NCBI GenBank assembly: GCA_907165135.1
Contig: OU015568.1
Location: 7,564,001 to 7,628,000 of the forward strand
DNA: 64,000 nucleotides
Direction of reading: 5' to 3'
Source of the DNA: Oikopleura dioica
Lineage: Eukaryota > Animalia > Chordata
Shown in pieces: positions 13,245 through 23,733 of this stretch; position 1 is the first letter of the stretch; the number at the start of each line of letters is the position of its first letter. The position numbers and the translations under genes are program-made. Under the pieces are notes generated by a model. The model did no database searches, had not been told where the DNA came from, and was given only the letters and a program-made list of their open reading frames with translations.

Positions 13245-13805
13245 TACTTTTTTTAGGTTCTTGAATAAAAGAGTTGAATATCGTTTTGATAGAGAGGGAT
13301 ATTTTGATACAGAAAGAGAAGATTCAAAAGTTGTCAAGCAAAAAGTACGAAAACGGCGAGTAAAAGACTGATGATAGAACAAACTCGGTCAAGTCGTGTT
13401 CCAATAAAAGCACTTCGGTAGAACGCTCCAAGGGCGCCGTTCTTCGTGGAGAAGTAGTTTTCGCGAAAGAAAGGAACTCGGTAGAGGAAGGTGCAGGATG
13501 AAATGAACAAGGAGATGAGGACTCCAAACCCAATAAGCGAGACCGTCATTTTCAAATTGATCTGAATTTGTGGAAATTGGAAAACCGACTGATTTGATAT
13601 TTTGATCTTATTTACCTAAAGTAGTCAAAAAATAAAGAGAGACGCTGATAAAGTTTTCAGCATCTGGGCAGAATAATTAAAACTCGCTTTTAAATATTTA
13701 CAACAGATAAATTACGTTAGATAATCTTTGAAAATTGCAGAGAATGGGAAATAGTAGGTGGCTAGTAAAGGAAAGTAGTGAGTGGGAAAGCAGGGCAGCG
13801 TTTCG

Positions 13806-15025
13806 TTACCAGCGACCACGGTAGCCGCCTCGGTGACCTCTGTGGCCTCCTCCGCCTCTTGGTGGCCCGCCACGGAATCCACCTCCTCTGTGGAAGCCTC
13901 CGCCGCCGTCGTGTCCGCCTCTTCCGCCAAATCCCCCTCCTCGATGGAATCCTCCGCCACCACGGTGTCCTCCACCACCTCGGAATCCGCCGCCTCGGAA
14001 GCCACCTCTTCCACCTCCTCGAGCGCCCGGACTTTTGTTGTAAAGCTCAACGTATCGTGTGCCCAACATCTGTTTATTTTTCTGCATTGCGCTGTACAAA
14101 TCATCATCGGTGAAGAAAGCGGCAAAAGCATTACCAGTTGTTCGACCATCTCTAATATTTTTATCAATTTCCGAGGAGAAATACGAGAAACTTACTTTCC
14201 GATCTCTATTCTAACGTCTGTCAGGTCGAGTGGTTTGAAAAAATCGCGAATTTCTCCTCTTGTTATTCGATAAGGCAGTCCAGACATTTTAATGATCTTG
14301 TCAAAAACACAGTTGTCATCTAATCCTCGAACATCGTATTTGCCCGCTTCGGGTTTTCCACTTTGTTCATTTTGCATGCCTGGGTCTAATCTCGGCGCCT
14401 TGCTGGGCGGTTCTTGATCATAACCTCCTTGCTGATTAGGGTTCTGTCCGTAGTAGTTTTGCTGCTGATGGTGCTGATCTTGGTATTGTCCCTGGGGCGC
14501 TTGTTGAAACTGCTGATTTTGCTGGTGTTGCTGCATCCCTCCGAATTGCTGATTTTGTCCCATAAAGCCACCGGAAAAGTTCATTCCAGCCATCTGACCG
14601 AATCCCATCATTCCCTGGTTCATAGGTGGTTGTTCGTTCATTTCAGGGGGTCCTCCGAAGCCCATCACTGGGGGACCTTGGGAAAAATCGTTTCCGGGTG
14701 GATTTTCTGGCGTGCCTTGATTTTGTTCTTGATACATCTGATTTTCTGGAGCACCGAAGCCCGTGCCTTGATTCATTTCTGGTGGAGCTGACTGCCATCC
14801 AGCTGATCCTGGTGGCATCGGAGGCTGTGGAAGAGCATCGTCTGGTGTTGTTGGACCACCATTGCTCGGCACTGGTTCTTGAACGGGCTCTGCCTCTGTT
14901 CTCGGAGCAAAGAAACCCGAAAGGGGATTTTCGTTCTCTTCCGCGTCGGGAGTCTCTTGGGCTTTAGTCTGCTGTGCACCTTCTCCCGTATTAACTTCCG
15001 CCTTTATTTCTGACCCGCCTTCCAT
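13806..15025 (-). CDS. hnRNP F/H-family protein with one qRRM, Q/P/G-rich N-terminus and RGG tail
   Basis: IIKMSGLPYRITRGEIRDFF...DGRTTGNAF...QMLGTRYVELY, followed by GGF/RGG repeats. A ttcag acceptor directly precedes the ATG. Confidence 0.85.
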
Positions 15026-15229
15026 CTGAAGACAACTGGATCAGTCAAGTAGAATCGTGCATATTTCACTTCGATTTAGGTCAAGGTGCAGATAATTGTT
15101 TGTGTTTTATTTCGAATAAATGAGTGAAAATTGGAGACAAGAGAAGACGGTTTCTCGACGGCAGGAAAATTCAGACTATAAATGTGTTTGGAAAGATAAA
15201 TGAAACGAGCAGGAGAGTTGAAGTCGCAT

Positions 15230-16885
15230 TTAGTACTGCCTTCTTCCGCCATAGCCTCCTCTACCGCCACCGCGGCTTCCTCCTCGACCACCGCCTCGGC
15301 CGCCACCTCCGTAGCCACCACCGCCGTAGCCGCCACCACCGCTATTTCCATAGCCACTATTTCTGCCAGCTCCGTAGCCTCCTCCTCCACTGCCGTAGTT
15401 GTCATCGTATCCGCCACCGCCATATGAGTCGTATGGATTGTCGCCGCCATAGTTTCGACCGCTTGCGGATGCTCCAGCGCCTCCCCAACGATCAGGTCCA
15501 TCGTCTTTCGATCGGAGGAAAAGCTCGACGTATCTACTTCCAATGTTCTGGCGATCTTTACCCATCGCAGCTAAATTTAATCATCAATTTTCTTGAGAAA
15601 CTTTGTAAGGAGCTTACATTGAGCATCACCATGCGAGTAGAAAGCTACATCGGCTTCCCCAGCTGGACGATTTTCTCTAAACAAAACATGCATCTCTTTC
15701 TCTTGACTGACTTTTCGTACCTGTTGAAGATGATTCGAACAGCAAGGGTTTCAAGGGGTCGGAAAAAGTCGGAAATCTCGTTCTCAGTCGCGCGATAAGG
15801 AAGCCCTCGCATGTGAACAATGTGTTTGTATTGTCCATTCTCGTCCAAGCCGGCTCCAGAATCCGCTTGAGGAGCTGAATTACCGTATCCACTACGGCCT
15901 CCACCGCCGCCATAGGATTGGCCGCCATATGGATTGGAGCGATTTGAACCGCCAGATCTTCCGTGGCGCATTGGGCCGCCGGCACCACCGCCTCCATTAC
16001 GGCCTTGTGCTAATTGAAAGTCTCGTGCGGACGATTTGAAGACTTCTATGTATCTAAAATTCTGTGAATTACAAGCTCAAAGTCAAAGGAGCTAGTCGAC
16101 GGCCTTGTCTTTAGTGTCTTTCCCTCTCGTTGACTTTCCGTGCCCTCCTGGTTCCGCTTAATGTTAAAAGTAGTTTGTGGTACCCTACCGTTGTCCCATA
16201 TTCTTTTATGTCTCTCCAAAGCCTGATCAGCGCTTTCTTTATCATCGAATTGAACAAGCGCCTCCCCGTTTGCCGACCCGTTCTGTCCCAGACAAATAAC
16301 AATCCCACCCGGGCTGATTTGGCACCCTAATTCGCAAATGATGAAAATTGTAAATAACAAAAGAGAGACGATGAAACAGCCCAGCTAGACTTACCCTCGA
16401 AGAAGTCGCGAATGTCGTGATCAGTCGCGCTGAAGGGCATGCCTCGCATTTTGACGATGAATTCACCGCCGTTGAAGCTATTTGCCGCGCCATCGTCGTT
16501 GTCGTAGGATGCGTTCATGTACTCGGCGGGGGACGACTCGTAGACCTCGACGTATCGACGGCCCAGATGCTGTTTGTGCTTGGATTTGCAGAGCTCGTAG
16601 CTATCAGCGTCGTAGATGCCGACAAAAGCTTCGCCAGAGGGTCGACCATCGCGGCCAAGGCAAATCTACATAAGAAAATATTTAAATAAACTTCTTTATA
16701 AAATCGATTTATTGACTAAATGTCAATGAGTTTATACTCACGATAACACTGCCCGGATCAGCTCGATCCTCAAGAAAGTTGCAAATTTCCTCCTTCGTCG
16801 CACTCCATGGCAAACCCCGAAGTTTAACCGCAAAGGCAGGGCCTTCTCCACCACCACCTGGTGCATTTGCTATCTCTTGCTTCAT
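15230..16885 (-). CDS. HNRNPH: hnRNP F/H-like protein with three qRRMs; apparent 1-nt frameshift near 16205
   Basis: [51 protein letters not shown] and GSRYVELF motifs; G/Y-rich tail. Confidence 0.88.
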
Positions 16886-17600
16886 CCTTTCTTTCTTATC
16901 TCTTTTTGCTTTTGCGAAGTTTTACGAAACTGTGTTCCTATCTTTCGAATTTTTAGAATCTGCGAAATGTGGAAAAGGGGATAAAATTGGAGGAGAGTGG
17001 CCGTAGGCCGAGCTTGAGAAAACGCGCCCACGCAGTTATTTTTGCGACGCCGTCGATCAATTCCTGATTCCAACAAAATGGAGAAAATGGGATGTAAATA
17101 TAAAGCGACTCTTTCAAAAAGCTTGGCTTCTTCGTAAAAAAATAGCTGCAATGTGGGTATCTACTGAAGCTTTTTCGGAACCCTGACTCAGGCCTGACAC
17201 AGAATATAGCCCTGCGTCCCTGCTTATCGATTCTGCACTCGCATCTGACTTATTAAAAACAACGAATTTTTATACTTTGGAATTGTATTTTGTGAATGAA
17301 ATTGGTGCTCAAACTCTGAGCTCTGAACTGAAGCTCTAGTTACAGTAGAATATTTTTTTTTATTTTGACAATTCATCGGTGAGATGACTTGCTCGTAGTT
17401 ATGAATTGTCAGTGTTTTTCTTTGTGGTTAGTTGTGAATCGTTTTTAGTGGCAGTTTCGTTTGAAAAGTTGGTATTGGCACACGGTCAGTTGGACGGAAA
17501 AGTCAGACAGTGTTTTAGTGGGGCTTTAAAATAAATAATAAGATACTAAGTGTCGGTTGATACATGTCGAAAATATAAAATAATTTAATTTTTGAACTTC

Positions 17601-20600
17601 TCAACTCGTTGAATCAGCGTTTTCAAGGACAGCAGTGGCTTGGGCGAGCGTTTCTGCAGCATCCAGACCAGCTACAATTCAAGTTTTTTAAAGACTTTTT
17701 CTGATTGTCGCTTTACCAATGAATTGCTGGTCTCCGGCAGAAGTAGGTTCGTCTTTCATCATGTCCTCCAGACGAAGGGAATTCGGTGTATTTGCTTGTG
17801 CTGATTCGACCGCCGCTGAGGCTTCGGATGTTTGCGGGCTGTGATCGGTGATCTAAAACAAGCATTTCTTCTTTCATACTTTCCTTTCTAAACTTACCAA
17901 TTCGGGGGCTGTGGAAGAAACGGTGCTTTGTGTTGCTTGAACTGTGGATGTGGCAGTTGTTAGAGTTGCTTGAGTGCTAGAAGGGGCTGCATTTGACTTC
18001 TAGGGTTCATTTAGAGAAAGAATGAATGGAGGGATACTCACAGGAGTGGGCCTATTTGGTTTTGAAACGAGAATGATTTGGTTTTGATTGTTGGCGTACT
18101 GTACAGGGGCTGGCTGAATGATTTGGAACTGTCCTGTTGCTAGGCGAATGAGCTGGGCGCCCTCCGTCAGCGTGATCTGTTGATTACCAGCGTTGACGAT
18201 CACTTGCTGGCCTGGCATGGCTTGGGCGATCATCTGTGCGCCGGGAGGGAGAATGATTTGTTGCCGCTGCGGCGGCGGGGGAGGTTGGGGAGAAACTTGT
18301 TGGATCAATTGACGCCCATCAGGGGTCTGTAAAATGCGATCAAAGAGGGAAAGTCGTTTAGTTTCAAAACCTGGATGAGTTGATATTGCTGACCAGGTTG
18401 AAGATGAGCGTGTGATCCATCCTGGAGCATGACAAGTTGACCCTGTTGTTGTCCACCGCCTTGCTGCATAATCACTGCTTGTTGGGGCTGAGGCTGGACC
18501 TGTAAATTGCAATAATTAACCATCATCATCGATCAAAAAGACTTTACCTTTTGAGGACGTTTTTTCCTGATTCTGACGATTTGCTGCTTAGGCTGAGCTT
18601 GTTGTTGCTGCTGCTGCTGTTCAGGATGAGGAATCAAACCGAGTTGGGCAGCTTGTTCCGCTGTCAGGACAATTTGCTCGCCACTCTTCGAAGGGGACTA
18701 GAATTGATTCGAAGGAAGAAATTAATAAAGAGGTTTACTTGAACAAGTTTGACGACTTGGCGCATTTGTGAAGAATTGTCGCGGAGGATTTGCGGGCTTA
18801 TCTGCTTCACTTGTCGTGGAATACCTTGAGGAGCTGGAGCGATATTTACGAATTTACCAGATGCTGCAATACCTTCAAATGACATGAGTTTTTATTGATT
18901 GTTGATTTTACCTGTATCAAGAACGGCCATTGTATTCTCGTTGTACTGCTCCTTCGGCGGCGGAACTCGCTCCCGCTGTCTTCGGTTTTTGAACCAGTTG
19001 GAGACTTGCACTGCAGTTATGCCTGAGTTGCAGAATTAGTTTTAGATTTGCATAGCATACCCATTGACAGACCCGTCAACTCGGCCAAACGACGCCGCTC
19101 TTCTTGAGACGGGTATCTGTTCCGGTGATAGCTCGTTTTCAAAACATTGCGAGACTTTTCCTTGAAGCAATAAATCGTGTGTTCTCCGTCCCAAATGGTC
19201 CTTGGCAGCGGAAACCTACATCACCATTTCAAAGATCTTTTTTCACAGACTTGTTTTACCTTCTTCGAATTCGGTATTTATCAACAGCTCCTAAAGGCCT
19301 GTTCCTCATTCGTTGGACTTCCAAATAGTGCGCTTTGTACCAAAGTTCCTAAAGATTTGGTAAGTTTGGCCTGATTTTGTCAGAAGTTCCTACCTGTAAG
19401 CAAGGTCTCGGATTTGGTGTGGCCCGCTGTGCGCGAAAAGGGTTCTTCCAAAGTGGCGCACAAAAAGATGTGCGCGGGTTTTTCGGAGCGCAAAGGAGCT
19501 GCGATCGAGGCTCGATCACACCGCGGATATTAGGGATAATCTCGCGCACATATTTTTGTGATCGAGTCACAGCGACCGAATTCTGATGACTTTATTCATC
19601 ATGAATTTGATTTATTTAATTTAAATTAATCTTATCATAATAACAAGTAGAGAAAATTAATTAAATTATGGCTATTCTCAAAATATGGAAGAAATTTATC
19701 TTATGACTGAAATAGACAAATAAACTCCTGATTCAGGAGTCAGAATCTGAACTTTCGATTGATACCTTTTTTTAAATAAGTGTACTTATAAATAAATTTA
19801 CTTGGTTTCAATAAGTATCACATGAGTTATGGCTGTTCGAAGACGAAAAATTTTTATTTTTTCCGGCCAATATGATTTTACTGACACTTCCTGGCGCCGA
19901 GCGGCACTGAGAGGGATTACCATGACCTATTTTTGGCGGTGCGAGAGGTTAAAGTACTTCATCAATAAAACAATTCGAGTTCCGGGTCCCTGTTAATCAA
20001 TTAATCTTATGATTCATAGGTTATGAATATTATAAATGAATTTAATTTGCAACTTTCAAAAAAGTAAGCTAAAAACAGGCGCATGATTCATTTTTTTGTT
20101 GTTTTCAAAGTGATCAATGCCCATCCTTTACTTTTGAATCACGCGACATTTGTGACTGAAAATTTTCGATCACATCATTCTGTGATCGAGAGCTGTGACC
20201 GGCCACATCAGATTTGGCGATGTGCGCGAGTGAATCACAGCACTTTCTGTGATCCGCGAATCCGGCGCACATCTTTTTGTGATACATTTCAGGGGACTCA
20301 TTCTCTCGCACAGCGGGCCACACCAAATTCGAGACCTTGCCTGTAAGAATTGATGATGCTCAGTAGCGAAATGCTGGCTTTCGAGCTGATGATAGAGCGT
20401 TTTGAAGTCATTGATGTGAAAGAGAGCAACACACTGTGCGCGAACAACGTCTTCATTTTGATACAGTGACTTGTCGTTTGGAAGAGAGAGCATGAATTTG
20501 GTAAGTTTCTCATAATCGCCTTTTTCCATAAGGACGTTGCAGACGCAGGCGATTTGGTTGGGCGTGAAGACGAGGGTTTGCGGTCCTTCTCCCGAGTCGT

Positions 20601-21065
20601 TCGATGTAGAAACTGGATCGAGCTATAGAAGTGGAGAATTAGGAAGATTTCGGTTTGGGGGAAATTTACTTGTGTAAGAATGTTGATGATATCTGGATCG
20701 GTGATCGAGCCAGAACCATGCTGTAAATTTGCGAGTTGCTCGTGTGTAAGTGGCTTCGAAAAATAGTTAAAAGATGCCAGAAGTTATCAAAAATGTACCT
20801 CGACTGGAGGAGGGCCAGTTTTGTTCGTCCTGGATCTCCCTCTACCACCAGATCCTGCTGGTGGAAGAAGACCATTCGCAAGTGCTTCATTGTACTGATT
20901 TTTAATCACATCTTCATCTCCTTCGATTTCATCATTTTCGATTTCGTCGATGCTCGGATTGCCGAAAGAGTCTTCATAGTCGTCAAACGCAGGATCGAAG
21001 CCAGAAGCATCGATTCCGTTGATTTCATTGAGATCTGATTGCTGGAATCGAAAATATTCTACCAT
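17601..21065 (-). CDS. SIX4/5: SIX-class homeodomain transcription factor, Six4/5 group, spliced
   Basis: SIX domain [10 protein letters not shown]...LWYKAHY...[22 protein letters not shown]. Homeodomain [11 protein letters not shown]...RYPS...[12 protein letters not shown]. Long Q-rich C-terminus. Confidence 0.9.
19401..20339. mobile_element. Non-autonomous hAT-like element (MITE) in a Six4/5 intron
   Basis: 33-bp TIR CAAGGTCTCG[G/A]ATTTGGTGTGGCCCGCTGTGCG with one mismatch. Perfect 8-bp TSD CCTGTAAG at 19393-19400 and 20340-20347. Subterminal GATCACA-like repeats and an AT-rich core. Confidence 0.9.
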
Positions 21066-21259
21066 TTATAAAATGTCTCTTTTGTACATTGTTTCAATGA
21101 AAAGGGCTTATCCGTTTATTTTCTACTTGTCAATAAAATCTACCAATAAAAGCGAGCATAATGGACCATTGCATATTTATATACTTTTTTCCAATATATT
21201 TCACAATCTACGTTTTTGCGAGACTTAATTATTCGATCATCAGTGCGCTGTGTACCCCC

Positions 21260-22615
21260 TCAATTATCGATTCCCGTAACTGTAAGATGGTATTTTCTAT
21301 TCGCTTCAGAAAGCTGCTGCGCTTGTTTAATGAATCCTCCCGCAGGAAATCGACTTGGAGAAGTTGTCTTGATCGGATTCGCTCCGGGCTCGTCTTCGCA
21401 TTCCGAAGCTGTCAGAGTGTCTGTAGATTCGTTGCCAGTGTCATCGTCGTCCAAATGCTCATTTTTGATCGACACCTCTCTCGGCTGAGTGCTTTCAGTA
21501 ACTTCGCTGAATAATTGATTGTTCGAATCGCTAAAGTTTCCGTCGAATTCGTCCTGCGAATGATCCGGGGACGCCGTGCCAACCGCTTCCAACATGTTTA
21601 TTTCTTGATCAATGACGACTTCGCTTCCGATGCCAATGTCCTTTTCGTCGTCCGAGTTCAAGAAGTTGATGTCGTCATCGTCGTCAGGAAAAGTGATTGT
21701 ATCGCAATTTGAAATCGGCTTTCCAATAAGTTTGCTCAGAACGTTATTGCTCGGCTTCTTTTTTTTGGGATCGATATTATATATCACCATAAGCGACGAT
21801 TTCATAAGCTACGGGCTCAAATTAACGCGTAAATTAATGTATCGTAAATCATCCATGATTTTTATAATCAAACAGATGACGACTTCGCTTTTTCTGATAA
21901 AACTTAGAATTGAAAATTCTGATCCCATGCCTTTGGAGGACTAGTTTTCGTGTTCTTTGCTTCTGCTTTGATCGGATTCTTTTTCGCTTCTTCTGCTCTT
22001 TTTCGTCCAATTTCGCGAAGATTTCTTCGATCCTCGCACCTGGCTTCGTCGACGTCGTTTCTACTTTTGGCACCATGTCGAGAGGATTAATCGGTTCCGT
22101 TTTCACAACTTGATCATTTTCGAGTTCTAGTGCGTCTCCATTGGAATCTCCATTTTTCGTCGCATTTGGTCGGATTCTTTGGCTCCTCGGCGACCTTGAT
22201 TTCGTCGGACTGTCCGTCGACGCTGGCGACAATCCTCTCACAGGGGGACAATCCTCCAGGTCGGGAATGGAACTCTCATCATCTGAGCTTTCTTGATCAC
22301 CGTTTCTCGATCGACCGTTGGAATTTTGAGGCTCTGGTGAGTTTCGCGCTTTTGGCTTTCTTCCTCTCCTTTTCGGGGAATTTCCTTTTGGCGAATTTAC
22401 TCTATAATTTCCTCTTAGTACGATCCTGCGAGAAGAGTGTTCAGGTACCTTGCTCTGGGCGAACTGCCATTCTTCGCTTTGGCATCCCCTTTGAGTGTCC
22501 TCGTTGGAGTTCCATTTCTAGCTGACCTTTGTCTTTTGGTAGGAGGTTCGACCGCTTGAGGTGAATGATTGCCACTTTCCTTCTCGCCTCGCCTGCCCCG
22601 TACTTCTGGCATCAC
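21260..22615 (-). CDS. Low-complexity basic/acidic protein with an AT-hook-like KRRGRKPK, spliced
   Basis: Consecutive minus-strand ORFs (22415-22615, 21849-22241, 21260-21805). The first GT-AG junction is in frame; internal junctions are unresolved. Confidence 0.55.
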
Positions 22616-22809
22616 TTACAAAGCACTACAAAACTCCTCTTAGCAAGGATTAATTCACTCGCACATCTTTTTACTTGATTCACGCCACGAAAGAAACGGA
22701 AGAAGAAAGGGTCACTGTCATTTCTATCAATTTAATTAGTGAATTCAATGAATTCAAAGAGAAAAGGAGCATTTTCAAAGGAGAAATTGATTTTTTCAGA
22801 CGTCATTTC

Positions 22810-22857
22810 AGGTCTGGGCTTGGCAGCCTGTGTACGAAACCTGAGTCAGGGTCTTAG
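22810..22857. repeat. Solo terminal repeat of the YAGGTCTGGGC MITE family
   Basis: GGTCTGGGCTTGGCAGCCTGTGTACGAAACCTGAGTCAGGGTC is nearly identical to 25301-25344. Confidence 0.75.
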
Positions 22858-23279
22858 AACACGGCTTTCGAGCAAAAAATTAAATTCGACTTTGAAGTTT
22901 TACTTTTTTTAATGTTTTAAATTGAATTTTCATTGATTTTGACTCTAGTATTTACTCTATGACTGAATAAACGGATGTCCGACTGTCCGATATTCTTGAC
23001 TTTAGAATTGGCTTGATTTGGATTTCACCTTGGCGAGAGAGATGGTTCGATTCGTGGCTGGGCGCGGTGAGGCGGGTGGCCGGTGGGCCGCGAGTGTTGC
23101 TGCTCCTGCTCGCTCGTGGGACGAGGCGCCTCTGTGTTTGGGTTGTTGTTAGGGCGAAAAAGGGGGCTGGTTCGGGTTTCGGACTCTGCGTGGTCAAACT
23201 GTAAAATGAGCGAAACGGCGTCGGGTAACGCTTGAATCTGTCCCCACGCGCCTGCCCATTCGTCCACGCCTGCCTCCGC

Positions 23280-23345
23280 CACCTCCACCGCCCACTCCTG
23301 CCTCCCTGCTCATTGGCTGCAGCCAAACGCGTAGGAACCGCCCAC
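23280..23345 (-). promoter_or_regulatory. GC-rich promoter-like segment with CCAAT and GC boxes
   Basis: ATTGG at 23312 and CCGCCC at 23288 and 23338, upstream of the minus-strand gene starting at 22615. Confidence 0.4.
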
Positions 23346-23733
23346 ACTCCGACCACCAGACGAACTTGATCACGTAGCGCACGGATGATCCTGAACTCGC
23401 ACGTAGCGACCTCCAGCTCAGCAGATTTTCAAACAAGATGCATTTTTTCCACGATATCAGTTTTCCAGCCTTGCGAAATTGAGTGAACAATAATGATAGT
23501 TTTCGGTGACATTTATTGAAATAAATGAGGTCGATTTTGACGACGGGGGAGGGGTTTACGAGGGAATACAGCTTTTTAAGTGCGCTTTTCAAAAAGTTTA
23601 GAATTCAATATGTACAGAAGAATAATCGTAATTTGACGGGAAGACAGTCTGAACGACGAGCCAGAGCTAAGGACGAGGAGGAGAAGAATATACAGTCTTA
23701 GGGGTTCACCTGAGCTCTGGCCGAAGGTGATAT

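Noticed and set aside
13778-15798. Many overlapping ORFs on both strands around the hnRNP genes
   Set aside because: They are shadows of Gly/Arg-rich GGN repeats and have no independent motifs.
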